From the IMG/VR virus record IMGVR_UViG_3300025416_000029, positions 1 to 30,482 of that record: a stretch of 30,482 bases of DNA, one strand, 5' to 3'. Positions 15,516-25,934 of this stretch are shown piece by piece; the stretch's first letter is position 1; each line of letters begins with the position of its first letter. Source of the DNA: a virus. Its lineage: Duplodnaviria; Caudoviricetes. The notes under the pieces are model-generated. The model ran no database searches. It saw only the letters and a list, made by a program, of their open reading frames with translations, and was not told where the DNA came from. The position numbers and the translations under genes are program-made.

Positions 15516-18136
15516 TGTTTACTTTTAATAGCAGAAAATCACGCACTAGAGTATCTAGTGTTATTAAGTCAGCTTCAAATGGTTTTGCTACCAACCCAGC
15601 CTTTGAAGAAGATCTGGCTGCTGCATCGCAACAGGCCAAGCAGATAGTTGAGAATGCAACCCAAGTAACACAACAGCGCTCTGACATCAAACACCGTCCA
15701 TCAATTGTGGGTTTTTACGTTCTTGATGACCATGTGCCACACACCGATGAATACCCTGGGCTTGCGAAAGGGCATATACACCTGGTCCCTAGTGATGCTG
15801 ATGGTGATGGTGTTGAAGACCGAGATGAAATCGGCAGACAAGAGCTAAAAACATACATGCGTGTTATGGAAGGCAAAGTTGCCAGTGGTGAGTACACCAA
15901 GGAACACTGGCCAATGGCCAAGTTCAGTGACAAGCCCAGAGTCACTCGATGGATGCGTAAGTCTGGAATGACTCACATACCCATCTACTTGAGCAAAGAC
16001 ATAGCATCTCGTATCAATCAAAACCGTACTTCATTCACTCTATATACTAATTATAAAGAGATGCGTAGTGCTCTGGCCAAGGCAGCAGAAGCTGGTTATG
16101 TTTTCCCATCTGCTACAAGTGACATCAACGATCCAAAGATGAGGATCCTAACGCGCCAGAATGGTCTGCAAGAAGCCATTGATGGTTTCTATACCAATGA
16201 AACTCCTACGCTAGACTCTGACCTTGGAGCTGAATACTGTGCTGGCTGTGGTAACAAGCGTGACAAGCACCGTGATGGTTCGGCTAACCACGAGTTCATT
16301 CCTGGAGTTATTCCAGGTACAGGTGGTAGTTTCATAGACGGAAACACTGAGCGGAGCAGGCTGTCACCACTGCGACAGTTCCCTGAGCCTACTGATATTT
16401 CTGCTCTTTCTTACCGTCAAAAGACTGGTAGAGATTACAGCACAGATTGGCAGTATGACCAGGATAACTCTGTTGGTATAGTTAATATCAGTGATCAACC
16501 ACAGTTTCATGAGCGTTATTATAACCACAAAACTCTGACCCTTCGTGGTGGAGAACAAGACATTAAAGTAAAAGCTCGCCCTGCTCACATGAATAAAAAA
16601 TGTGGTACCTGCAGAGGTTCAGCAAAAATTAACAGTGCACGTGAAGGTATTGCCATTAATGATCAAGCAGTTCCAGGCTTTGTAACAGCCAAGATGGTTA
16701 CTGATCCTGTTACTGGTGAGCTGACGCTAGAGGCAAACCAGAATTCTGATGAAGCTGGATGGGCTATACGAGGGACACAGGATAATGTATGCCCTGATTG
16801 TGACCCCAGAAGATTCAAACCTTCAGAGCTAGCAGAGATGGGTGGTGACACTCTTAGCACAGAGCAAGTGTTCAAAATGATGGCAGAAAAGCCTGGTTAC
16901 TTGTTCACTCCTGCAAAGCCAGCAGGCGTTAATCCCGAGAACAGAATGGCGTACCAGACTGTACAACATATTCCTGGTAACCCTGTAACAGTGCACACGG
17001 TAGAACCAACTAATGCCATTGCACGACAGATGCCTGATCCATCGTGCTCCAATTGCCATGGTAGCACTGCTCACCAACAAGATGGCAAGCCTTGCGGTTG
17101 CACTGTTGCCAACCCCAGCAACAGTATAGATCTTGATAATCCAGTTCCTATTCCTGGCATGCCACTCGCTCTTACCGAAGATGGAAACATGCGTGTACCG
17201 GTTCCATTGATGGAAAAAATAATCAATGAGAGCCATGCAAAAGTTCACCGTCAGGTTTTTGGCGAAGGTTCAGATCCACGAACAACGGAAAAATTTAAGA
17301 TCACCAGAATAGGTCGTGTAACAGGTATACCAGATGTTGAAAACGAAAAAATAATCACTGATGATGAATACAGAAAAGGTTCTTTCCTGTTGAGGCCATT
17401 CAGAGATACTGCCGGTAAAAAGCGTGGTATAACACGCCTCAGAGGCCGTCTTGGAGTATTTTCACACTTTGTCAATGGTGATGGCAGTCGTGCACTCAGT
17501 GAAGATGAGCAGCAAAGAACTTCATCTATTCTCACCAATGGTGTGTTCTTTAGCCAATCTGATAAAGCTCAGCATGCTGCTAAGTATAAAGAGATAATGA
17601 GTGGCCCCAATGCTAAAGAGTTGGGCCCAGCACAAATGCTCAAATATACCACCGACTGGCTAAGAGAAAACATTACCAGAATGTCTCCATCCGCTGGTGC
17701 TGATAAGCCACCTATCACTCGTGGAACAATTCCATTACAAGAGAACCTGAGACAGGTACATGCAGCTGAGCTGGCCCAGGCTAGCAACATGGAAAGATTT
17801 GCAGGTATCCATGAAGACGTTATGCCTAATGTTGTACACATTAATCGTAAGATCGATCAACTAAAATCGCAAGGTGTATTGCGATCTGATGATCATGAGC
17901 TAACGAATCATCTTAGAAACATATATGGAGCAACATCAGATATTGTTAATGATCTGTACAGTAGCGCTGGCGGTGGTTTGCTGGATGAAAAAAGTGATAG
18001 GCTCAACCATTCAGTGGCGCAGCTTGCTGGTCATATCGCACAAAACTATGGAAAAAGCAGTTTGAATGCAGTAATGCCAGATGTTTTAAACATGACCTTC
18101 CCATACCTCCCACAATCAAGCAGACTTACGAGATAG
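15515..18136 (+). CDS. Large protein with DnaJ-like CxxCxG Zn fingers
   Basis: TAATG overlap start (MFTFNSRKS...IKSAS); CAGCG, CGTCRG, CPDC, CSNCHG...PCGC. Confidence 0.85.
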   Translation: MFTFNSRKSRTRVSSVIKSASNGFATNPAFEEDLAAASQQAKQIVENATQVTQQRSDIKHRPSIVGFYVLDDHVPHTDEYPGLAKGHIHLVPSDADGDGVEDRDEIGRQELKTYMRVMEGKVASGEYTKEHWPMAKFSDKPRVTRWMRKSGMTHIPIYLSKDIASRINQNRTSFTLYTNYKEMRSALAKAAEAGYVFPSATSDINDPKMRILTRQNGLQEAIDGFYTNETPTLDSDLGAEYCAGCGNKRDKHRDGSANHEFIPGVIPGTGGSFIDGNTERSRLSPLRQFPEPTDISALSYRQKTGRDYSTDWQYDQDNSVGIVNISDQPQFHERYYNHKTLTLRGGEQDIKVKARPAHMNKKCGTCRGSAKINSAREGIAINDQAVPGFVTAKMVTDPVTGELTLEANQNSDEAGWAIRGTQDNVCPDCDPRRFKPSELAEMGGDTLSTEQVFKMMAEKPGYLFTPAKPAGVNPENRMAYQTVQHIPGNPVTVHTVEPTNAIARQMPDPSCSNCHGSTAHQQDGKPCGCTVANPSNSIDLDNPVPIPGMPLALTEDGNMRVPVPLMEKIINESHAKVHRQVFGEGSDPRTTEKFKITRIGRVTGIPDVENEKIITDDEYRKGSFLLRPFRDTAGKKRGITRLRGRLGVFSHFVNGDGSRALSEDEQQRTSSILTNGVFFSQSDKAQHAAKYKEIMSGPNAKELGPAQMLKYTTDWLRENITRMSPSAGADKPPITRGTIPLQENLRQVHAAELAQASNMERFAGIHEDVMPNVVHINRKIDQLKSQGVLRSDDHELTNHLRNIYGATSDIVNDLYSSAGGGLLDEKSDRLNHSVAQLAGHIAQNYGKSSLNAVMPDVLNMTFPYLPQSSRLTR

Positions 18137-18145
18137 AAAAATACA

Positions 18146-20380
18146 ATGCTGAGAACAACATTTAATGCCAAGTATGCTTCAGATTTTGATAAAAGACTTA
18201 CCTCTGAAGACGATGATATAGAATCAGGTCCAATAGGCGGTAATAGAATTCCCAACTGGCAACACCTGCCAGAAGGTATCGATAGTCAGCACATTGAAAA
18301 TATTATTCTTACCAACAGCCAAAAAGACCTAGAGGACAACCGTTTTCGAATCAATTCACGTGGTGAAGAAGACAGGACTCAACCAGTTGGTAACTACTAT
18401 GTGCTGCGTAGCTACTCTCAAGAAGAAAAAAATAGAATAGACAGTCTTAAAAAAGACAGAGAAAAAAGAGAGCAGCAAGCAAAGCTTCGTGGTGAGACTC
18501 TTGAGCCAGAGAGTTTTGGTACACCCTGGCAGCCTGCTTACCGTGGGGAGATCATACCAACACCTTCTAAAGAAGATCGTGCTAGCAGACTATCTCCAGA
18601 AAACCTAAGAAGGAACACGCCAAAAACAGATACTGCATTGATCCAAGCCTATACAACTGCCGCTAACCTTATTGCATCAATGGGCGGTAACTCTCATGAA
18701 GAATGTCATGGCAAGGGCATGGTAGATGGAAAGCAATGTGATGGCTGTAATGGTTATGGCAATATTGTTCTAGACCCAACCATGCCCGGTGAGTACGCGG
18801 ATATTGCTTACTCATCTGGTGTATGGAACCGTTCAGCACACAATCACAATCAGTTTTGCTCTGGATCTCGTTGCATTAATGGGTGTTTATTAAAGGAGAT
18901 TTTTGACCCCATAAGACAAGCACACAAAGATCTTGGGTTCTCATCAGCACCTGACCACATGATCAAGGTCCAAGCTGGCTTTGATCCTGCTATAAAAGAA
19001 GACGTTGCAAGGAAAAGTGCATACAGAGCGGTTAAAGACAAGTGGAAGGACACAACTGCTGGTCTTCGTGCTATTGCTGGCAAGAACAATGTCCAAGGTG
19101 CTGCAACAGGTATAATTGGTGAAGGAGACATTGTTAGCTGGTATGGTTCCGATGACAGGAATCCATCCGTCAACAATTTGCCAGGATCTTATCTGTTTGA
19201 TCCTAATGCTACTGTGCTCATTGAGGGAACCAATGACGATGGAACCTATAGAGGTTTTGTAGACAGAAAAAATAAAGACAGGATGCAGGGAGAGATAGAA
19301 GATAGAAAAGAACGTGCCCGTCAAACAAACACGAATGGCGTGTCTGCTCTAACTCTTGATCTCGAACGTGGCAATGAACGTGATGGCTTTAGCACTGTAG
19401 AATATGGTACCAATTATAGTATTTTTCCTAAAAAAAATTGCGAAACCTGCAAGGGTAAATATGAATATATCCAAAAAGATGGTAGCCCATGTGATTGCCG
19501 TAAGGAAGATGTAAGTTGGAAAAATGATGACCGAGACAGCACAGCAGATGTTGTAAACAGAGCGAGAGCAATTGGTGGTGGTCATAGATCAATAGCTGAT
19601 CGTTCACCAACAGATGTAGTATATCTCTCGAGCATTGACCCAACGCATGTGGTAAAAACCAATCCAACTGTTCGACCACATCTTGCATACATGGGTCAGA
19701 TATATCAAACAGTAAAATTCCGTGATATCGTTGATCACTTAAAATCAACGCTAAAAAAACGAACTGGTGATGATTACGCAGAAAGCACTCTGAATAGCAG
19801 TGAGAGAGCAGTAGTACAATATCGTGATAGCAACACCTGGGATGATGAGGGCCTGGAAAAAGTTTATAATGTTCTTCCAACTGGTCATAAAGCCATCATG
19901 CATAAGCTTTTGTTACGCCTTAACAAAAGAAATGGAGTGCCAAGCAGCTCGGTAAACTCAAGCGTACCAGATTTTAATCACCCATTGAATCTGCTTCCTC
20001 GCAGTGCTGCTGCAGATATTGATCCATACTATCTTACCAGAGATGTTGATGGCGGTGGCAAGAAGACCGAACTGGCTGAACCACCCAGCGTCAGCACACA
20101 ACAAAAGATGATCAATGAAGGTTACCACCCACTGGTTATGCCTGCTCCACCTAGCGCTGAAGCGGTATTTAAATCTCTACCAGATGAAGATGCCCAGTCT
20201 CTTATAGAAGGACACATTGGTGGAAAAATTCCAAACGACAAGATAGGTGATGCGATCAACGCATTTAGAGCTACTGGTGATCTTCACCAAGCTCATTTGA
20301 GTATTAATCCTGATGCTGGTAATAGTATAGATCGCCCAGACATTGGTGACGATGACATACCGATCTGGGAAAGAGAATAA
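18146..20380 (+). CDS. Large protein (744 aa) with DnaJ-like Zn fingers and an FNAKYA tag
   Basis: MLRTTFNAKYASD; ECHGKG, CDGCNGYG, CETCKG...PCDC. Confidence 0.85.
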   Translation: MLRTTFNAKYASDFDKRLTSEDDDIESGPIGGNRIPNWQHLPEGIDSQHIENIILTNSQKDLEDNRFRINSRGEEDRTQPVGNYYVLRSYSQEEKNRIDSLKKDREKREQQAKLRGETLEPESFGTPWQPAYRGEIIPTPSKEDRASRLSPENLRRNTPKTDTALIQAYTTAANLIASMGGNSHEECHGKGMVDGKQCDGCNGYGNIVLDPTMPGEYADIAYSSGVWNRSAHNHNQFCSGSRCINGCLLKEIFDPIRQAHKDLGFSSAPDHMIKVQAGFDPAIKEDVARKSAYRAVKDKWKDTTAGLRAIAGKNNVQGAATGIIGEGDIVSWYGSDDRNPSVNNLPGSYLFDPNATVLIEGTNDDGTYRGFVDRKNKDRMQGEIEDRKERARQTNTNGVSALTLDLERGNERDGFSTVEYGTNYSIFPKKNCETCKGKYEYIQKDGSPCDCRKEDVSWKNDDRDSTADVVNRARAIGGGHRSIADRSPTDVVYLSSIDPTHVVKTNPTVRPHLAYMGQIYQTVKFRDIVDHLKSTLKKRTGDDYAESTLNSSERAVVQYRDSNTWDDEGLEKVYNVLPTGHKAIMHKLLLRLNKRNGVPSSSVNSSVPDFNHPLNLLPRSAAADIDPYYLTRDVDGGGKKTELAEPPSVSTQQKMINEGYHPLVMPAPPSAEAVFKSLPDEDAQSLIEGHIGGKIPNDKIGDAINAFRATGDLHQAHLSINPDAGNSIDRPDIGDDDIPIWERE

Positions 20381-20381
20381 C

Positions 20382-20813
20382 ATGGAACAACAACACTATC
20401 CCGAACCAAAGGAAGTAGAACCCAACAAACACGTTTGCATCATATGCGAAAACGTTACCAGCACTGGTGATCGTGGTCCTTTACTAACTGTAGGTAGGCG
20501 CCCAGACAATGGTCAGCCTATTGATGTGCATGAACGTTGCCTGCAGTTTGTCACAACGGTAAAAGGCCCTAACTTTGATAACCTGTACAGGCCAGCTGCT
20601 GCTAGGTCTGCCAGCCAGGAAAACATCTGGGCTTTCGCCAGCAAGTTCAAGTACTACACAGCTGCATCTGGCACAGATCAGATGGCACCCACTGTGCAAG
20701 AGACATTCCCCAGCACAGATATGCCAAAAGAAGAACCAGCAGTCACAACAGATGTAATGCAGAAGAGCAAGGACGGAGCACCGCTCCCACCTCAGCCTTT
20801 CTCAAAAGCCTGA
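20382..20813 (+). CDS. Hypothetical protein with a CxxC...HxxC Zn finger
   Basis: Start reassigned to ATG 20382; CIIC...VHERC. Confidence 0.8.
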   Translation: MEQQHYPEPKEVEPNKHVCIICENVTSTGDRGPLLTVGRRPDNGQPIDVHERCLQFVTTVKGPNFDNLYRPAAARSASQENIWAFASKFKYYTAASGTDQMAPTVQETFPSTDMPKEEPAVTTDVMQKSKDGAPLPPQPFSKA

Positions 20814-20827
20814 CAATGTAATAATAG

Positions 20828-20841
20828 ACTGTATATACAGT
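20828..20841. promoter_or_regulatory. Perfect 14-bp palindrome (operator-like) in an intergenic promoter region
   Basis: ACTGTATATACAGT, overlapping TAGTGT (TANNNT) and upstream of an AGGAG RBS. Confidence 0.45.
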
Positions 20842-20870
20842 AGTGTATGTACTTGATAACAGGAGTAACT

Positions 20871-21446
20871 ATGGAACCCCGTTTAAACATTAAAATCTCT
20901 CAGATCTTCGAGGCCGCAGAAGGCAACGAGATGCCTGCAGACCCTAACTTTATTCAGCCAGGTGAGCAGTGGGTTGGTGACTACATCAACGAGGGCAATG
21001 ACTTTGATCGCAACATGAAAGCTTACATGGAGCAGCGTGAAGGCATCGGAGCTCACCTTGACGATAACGTTCAGAACATTGGGTTCAGTGGAACACCAAA
21101 CCCTGCTCAAGACTATGCTCTGATGGTCATGGAGCCAGAGGTAGCTGGTTCACCAGACCTTGGTGAAGCCAACGTTAATCCACAGTTGCAAAGAGCTGCG
21201 AACAAGATTAAAAAGCAGGCCGGTGGTTTCAATACCGCTCAGGCACGTACTGATTTCACTATGGGCGTTGTAGCCAATATCAACTCAGGCACCCTGGTAC
21301 AGTCTCGAGTGGTTGTTGAGACGCCAAATACCAAGATCGCTGGAACTGTTCTAGCAGTTGGTGACAGTGAGTTCGCAGTTATCTGGGACGACAGAACTGC
21401 CAGCGTTGAGCGCAAGGCCGACTACGAACTGGTATTTGCCGAGTAA
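20871..21446 (+). CDS. Hypothetical virion-associated protein with a C-terminal SH3-like barrel
   Basis: AGGAG RBS; GTVLAVGDSEFAVIWDD...YELV beta pattern after KKQAG. Confidence 0.8.
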   Translation: MEPRLNIKISQIFEAAEGNEMPADPNFIQPGEQWVGDYINEGNDFDRNMKAYMEQREGIGAHLDDNVQNIGFSGTPNPAQDYALMVMEPEVAGSPDLGEANVNPQLQRAANKIKKQAGGFNTAQARTDFTMGVVANINSGTLVQSRVVVETPNTKIAGTVLAVGDSEFAVIWDDRTASVERKADYELVFAE

Positions 21447-21450
21447 ATAT

Positions 21451-22035
21451 ATGTTTAAAACACGCAGAACCAAGATCGTTTCAGCCCCCGCTGAAGAGGT
21501 CCTTGAGGTTGTTGCTCAAGAAATTATAGAAGAGCCAGAACCACAGACTGTATATAATATTGAACAGCTATCTATAATAAATCAAGATGATAGCGTTGCC
21601 TATGGTGTTCTCACAGACACTGCTGGTAATGAGTATGAATACGTTTGGGATAAAAAGCTGAAGCGTATCAACAGTCTGTCGGCAGATAAAATTGATAGTT
21701 TGATATGGGAGCTGTGCAGTCTGGTTCTCAATAAGTACTGGATCAGACCAGAACCAAAACAAACAGAAATACCTGTTGAATTAAAAATAGCAGAAGCATT
21801 GAAAGTAGCACTAGCACCCGTTGTTAGTTCTATAAAATCATTAGAAAATAAAGTGAACAGCAAGCCAGCGCCTGCACCACAGCAGCAGACTCCAAGGCTA
21901 CAGGTGGTTCAATCAGCACCTGTTGGTGATTCACCAGCCATAAGCGTGGCAGATGATGATATCAGCGCTAATGCACTGAGATTCTTACAGCAGTCAAGCA
22001 CACCGGATCTTGGCATAGATTATATGAGCCTATAG
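21451..22035 (+). CDS. Hypothetical protein
   Basis: Start reassigned to ATG 21451, after the upstream stop. Confidence 0.8.
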   Translation: MFKTRRTKIVSAPAEEVLEVVAQEIIEEPEPQTVYNIEQLSIINQDDSVAYGVLTDTAGNEYEYVWDKKLKRINSLSADKIDSLIWELCSLVLNKYWIRPEPKQTEIPVELKIAEALKVALAPVVSSIKSLENKVNSKPAPAPQQQTPRLQVVQSAPVGDSPAISVADDDISANALRFLQQSSTPDLGIDYMSL

Positions 22036-22043
22036 GAGATAAC

Positions 22044-22814
22044 ATGAATTTTGCAGAGGGCAAAGGGCCAAAACAGGTTAAAAAGCCATATGTGCTTGGC
22101 AACTTTCAAACTATCTATGCTTACGATGGAGTCGGTGGTGGAGCAGCCACATTCTCTGGTAACTACTACACAGCAGTCCAGGGTTCTAACACAGTATCTG
22201 GACAGACCTGGGCTGGTGGAATAGTCGGAAGCGTTGTTCCTGGACTAAACATCAATGTCAATGGAAATGGTACTGTTGACATCAGCTTTGTATGTAGCCC
22301 AGGTGCTAACGAGAGCGTTCAGGATACTCAGAATGCTGGGTACACATTAAACACTGACCCCAACTTCCAGGGGGGTCCAGTTACAGTCTGGCTACAAGGT
22401 ACTGCCAACCGAATGTGGGATAGCGATGATGCCAGTTCATCACATTGGGTTAATATCACCGGCGCTAGTGGAACAATCAGTGGTGCTATGTCCAGTGTTT
22501 CAGTCAGTCCAACAGGTACTCCATGGCCTATTTATAATGCCTATCGGCTCGTAGCCAGTGGGGCTACATCCAGTGGAATAGTAAACTGGGCAATCGCTGG
22601 CATGTTCACCGACTTCAGCGCTCAGCGCGTTGGGTCTAACGCTGCTGATGCTAATGGAAACATTGGCCAGATGAGCATCCAGGCTCCTACAAACTACACC
22701 ATCTCTGGTGGTAACTACACAGATAATGACGCTACCCCTAGCAACGTTTGGGAATACGCTGGGCCTAATGCTCCTTACACTGCTGTAAAGAATGACGTTG
22801 ACTTCTACGGTTAA
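22044..22814 (+). CDS. Gly/Ser/Thr/Asn-rich beta-structured protein, likely a minor virion protein
   Basis: AGGAG RBS; composition typical of phage structural proteins; adjacent to the portal. Confidence 0.75.
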   Translation: MNFAEGKGPKQVKKPYVLGNFQTIYAYDGVGGGAATFSGNYYTAVQGSNTVSGQTWAGGIVGSVVPGLNINVNGNGTVDISFVCSPGANESVQDTQNAGYTLNTDPNFQGGPVTVWLQGTANRMWDSDDASSSHWVNITGASGTISGAMSSVSVSPTGTPWPIYNAYRLVASGATSSGIVNWAIAGMFTDFSAQRVGSNAADANGNIGQMSIQAPTNYTISGGNYTDNDATPSNVWEYAGPNAPYTAVKNDVDFYG

Positions 22815-22825
22815 AGGATAATACT

Positions 22826-23017
22826 ATGGAAAGATCACAAAATATTAGAACAGCCAGCACCCGTCGCATCGGTGCTAACTTTGATTTCAATGGTAATCCT
22901 ATTGACCAGAACGATGGTGGCGGAGTTATCCGCTTCAGCAACAGCCTAGAGTTCTATGCATGCGGTCACCAAAAAGTTGGCGGTGGAGTTGACTCCTGCA
23001 GCTGTACAACCTTTTAA
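22826..23017 (+). CDS. Small Cys/His-containing protein
   Basis: AAGGA RBS; IRTAS tag; CGH...CSC. Confidence 0.75.
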   Translation: MERSQNIRTASTRRIGANFDFNGNPIDQNDGGGVIRFSNSLEFYACGHQKVGGGVDSCSCTTF

Positions 23018-23027
23018 GGAATAATTA

Positions 23028-25385
23028 ATGCCATCCAAGGACTGGAGCGCCTCAGCGGAGCTTAACAACATGCGTAAAGCCGGTATCACTGGCTCTAGCA
23101 ACCCTGTGCGCAACCGCCTTGAGACGCAAGAGCTGCTACGCAACGTTCGTACCGGAGGGTCTTTCGCTAGTGATGTTTCCAGAATGCCTACGGAAGGCCG
23201 TGAGCGACTCAATACGATGGGTGGCAGGGTTAACATGGAGGGCGGTGTATCCCGTACTCTTGGCCGTACTGCTGCTGCCACTGGGAGTGATGCTCAGTGG
23301 GCCTGGCCCAAGCTTCACGACCCATTCGAATACTGGCGTGAGCGTACCTGGTGGTTCAATATGGAGGACCCCGACGAACAGACACGTAAAATCCGTGACT
23401 GGACTCGCCTGCTTTACACCACACACTACCTGGTACCAGGTCTTATTGATATCTACACACGCTTCCCACTCCTGGACATTGAGCTCGTCCATCACGACAA
23501 GCGCATCAGTGACTTCTACAACGAGATGTTCTTTGATGGTCTAAACTATCAGGAGTTCCTGTTTGACCTGGGCCGTGAACACTGGACCGTTGGTGAAGTG
23601 TTTGCCATGGGCAGCTGGCACGATGGTATTGGTGCCTGGGAAGATGATGAAATCATCAATCCAAATGACGTTATCGTTGCAAAGAACCGAGCACTTCGTA
23701 CCTATCAGTACCACGTAAAGGTACCTCAGGAGATCAAGAAGCTTATTGAGACTCGTGATCCTTCACAGGAATATCAGATGCTCATGCAGATGTATCCAGA
23801 CGTTGTAGCCTGGGCACGTCAGGACAAAGAGATTCCTGTCAGTGACGTGATCATGAAGCAGATCAAGTTCAAGACTAACCCCTGGAGCGAGCATGGTACT
23901 CCTATTCTGCTTCGTGCTTTTCGTATGCTTATGCTGGAAGAGAGCCTCAACGCCGCTCAGGATGCTATTGCTGACCGACTGTATTCTCCTCTTATTCTTG
24001 CAACTCTTGGTCTTCCTGATGTGGACCAGGATGGGCCTTGGATCCCTGATGCTACTGAGCTTCAGTCACTGAGAGATGACCTGAGCATGGCCATCAACTC
24101 TGACTTCCGATTGATGACCTATCACCATGGACTACAAATCCAGAACGCCTTTGGTCGTGAGAGCATGCCACGACTGGATGCTGACTTCATGCGTGTTGAG
24201 AGCAAGATCATGCAGGTGTTCGGCATTGGCTCTGACCTGCTGCAGGGTGGCCAGGGTGGTACATACGCTAGTGGTGCACTTAACCGCGAACTGATCACAC
24301 AGATGCTTAGCACCTATCAGCACAAGATTGAGGGCTTTATTCGCAGCCGTATGGAGCCTGTCGCAGAGCGTCAGGGCCACTATGAGATGCGTACAGTGAA
24401 TGGTAGGACACTGCCAATCATGGAAACTGTTCTCATGGTGGATGAAGAGACCGGTGCTGAGTACATCGAAGAGCGACCCAAGCTGGCCATCCCAGAAGTG
24501 CGTTTCCGCAGCATGAACCTGCGTGATGAAACCATTGAGCGAGGCTTCCTGCAGAACCTGATGGCTGCAGGCTTTCCCATCAGTCTGGGCACTCTTGCGG
24601 TCAACATCCCGATTGACTTTGATGACGAGCTAGAGACTCGTCGTGAAGAGAAGGTAAAGAGCGTTGTAGCTGAACAGCAGTTCAAGCGAGAGCTCTTCCA
24701 GCAGCTGTTGGTGCAGCAACTACCAATCCCACCAGAATACATTCAGGAATACCAGGCCTATCTTGCAATGATGGAGAACCCAGCAATAGCTGCACAGCTA
24801 GCACCAGGTGCAATTGCTGGACTTGTTACACCACCAGCTGCTCCCAACATGACCGGCGTGCCAGCACAAAATAGTGATGCTGCACTGGGTGCTCAGCTGT
24901 ACCCAATGATCAACCAGGAAGCACAGCAGCAGACCCAGACACAGCGTGGCACAGAACGCAAGCGCCCATCTGAATCGTACGATCAAAAGAAGACACAGCC
25001 CAAGCCCAGCAAGAAGGGCCCAAAGAATGGGCCACAGAAAAAGACAGCTGGTGTTGATGACGAAGAGCTAACAACCAGTTTTGGTGATGGCAGCGTTATC
25101 AATGAGCGTGTTGAGTACGGTGGCAGAATGAAATTTGCCACACCTCTGGAAAGCCGTAAGCGCAGGAAGATGAAGCTGGCCAGTGGCATTAAGGTAACTC
25201 TTGATGACAGCTATGAAAAGTTTGATGAAGATCAATTTAAATCACACCTTGCGGCGCTTATAGAAGCTAGTGAAAACCCAATGATCCCTGAGCCAACAAA
25301 TCTGGATGAGCACAGCAGTGGAGATGGTGGAATGGATCAACCCGCACGCCGACAGATCGATCCTACTAAAGAGGAAAACATATGA
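23028..25385 (+). CDS. Portal protein with a long low-complexity C-terminal extension
   Basis: Position ahead of protease and MCP; IDIYTRFPL, GTPILLRAFRMLMLEESLNAAQDAIADRLYSPLILATLG core resembling Bxz1-type portals (from memory). Confidence 0.85.
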   Translation: MPSKDWSASAELNNMRKAGITGSSNPVRNRLETQELLRNVRTGGSFASDVSRMPTEGRERLNTMGGRVNMEGGVSRTLGRTAAATGSDAQWAWPKLHDPFEYWRERTWWFNMEDPDEQTRKIRDWTRLLYTTHYLVPGLIDIYTRFPLLDIELVHHDKRISDFYNEMFFDGLNYQEFLFDLGREHWTVGEVFAMGSWHDGIGAWEDDEIINPNDVIVAKNRALRTYQYHVKVPQEIKKLIETRDPSQEYQMLMQMYPDVVAWARQDKEIPVSDVIMKQIKFKTNPWSEHGTPILLRAFRMLMLEESLNAAQDAIADRLYSPLILATLGLPDVDQDGPWIPDATELQSLRDDLSMAINSDFRLMTYHHGLQIQNAFGRESMPRLDADFMRVESKIMQVFGIGSDLLQGGQGGTYASGALNRELITQMLSTYQHKIEGFIRSRMEPVAERQGHYEMRTVNGRTLPIMETVLMVDEETGAEYIEERPKLAIPEVRFRSMNLRDETIERGFLQNLMAAGFPISLGTLAVNIPIDFDDELETRREEKVKSVVAEQQFKRELFQQLLVQQLPIPPEYIQEYQAYLAMMENPAIAAQLAPGAIAGLVTPPAAPNMTGVPAQNSDAALGAQLYPMINQEAQQQTQTQRGTERKRPSESYDQKKTQPKPSKKGPKNGPQKKTAGVDDEELTTSFGDGSVINERVEYGGRMKFATPLESRKRRKMKLASGIKVTLDDSYEKFDEDQFKSHLAALIEASENPMIPEPTNLDEHSSGDGGMDQPARRQIDPTKEENI

Positions 25386-25576
25386 GCAGATTATTTGATG
25401 ATCGTTCACCCAGAATCCTGCCCAAGACATCTTTTAACAAGAGCAGTTTCCTGGATGTTGTTAGCCCACTGGTCAAGATAGATATTATCAAAGAGGGTGA
25501 AGGGCTTACAGCACGTAATGCTAACAAGCTGAACCTTGAGAACAGTATCTACGAGAAGCTCGAGGATGACGATTGA
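25382..25576 (+). CDS. Small hypothetical protein
   Basis: ATGA overlap with the portal stop; GAGG RBS. Confidence 0.7.
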   Translation: MSRLFDDRSPRILPKTSFNKSSFLDVVSPLVKIDIIKEGEGLTARNANKLNLENSIYEKLEDDD

Positions 25577-25934
25577 TATGGTTGCCAGCTTCTTTGACAC
25601 TAGTAATGCCTGGTTTGGCTATATAGCAAACTTCTTTTTTGCAGCTGCCGGGTTCGGCGCAATAGCACGCTTTATCTACAAACTTGTTATCAAGCACAGC
25701 GATAATAAAATTGATGTAATCAAAGAAGACATCGATGACAAGTTTGAGCAGTTGCTATCACAGTGGAGACCCAATGGTGGTAGTAGCGGTAAAGACCAGC
25801 TGAACCGAATGGAAAATGGACTGACAGAACTAAAGCAGGGACAGGATGTCCTGCACATGCGTATTGATGCTATCAAAGAAGATTTTGCTGAGCACAAAGG
25901 TTATCACAGAGGTCTAATAGACGGAGAAGTTTGA
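25566..25934 (+). CDS. Single-TM membrane protein with a coiled coil (actinophage holin-associated type)
   Basis: TM WFGYIANFFFAAAGFGAIARFIY; QWRPNGGSSGKDQLNRME motif. Confidence 0.75.
   Translation: MTIDMVASFFDTSNAWFGYIANFFFAAAGFGAIARFIYKLVIKHSDNKIDVIKEDIDDKFEQLLSQWRPNGGSSGKDQLNRMENGLTELKQGQDVLHMRIDAIKEDFAEHKGYHRGLIDGEV

Noticed and set aside
10207-18148. TAG recoding suggested by in-frame ORF pairs (9376/10213 and 15515/18146)
   Set aside because: Conserved genes have no internal TAG, no suppressor tRNA is seen, TAG ends complete domains, and the downstream ORFs have their own ATG
20828-20841. LexA SOS box
   Set aside because: CTGT-N4-ACAG spacing differs from the E. coli CTGT-N8-ACAG and does not match the Gram-positive GAAC-N4-GTTC box
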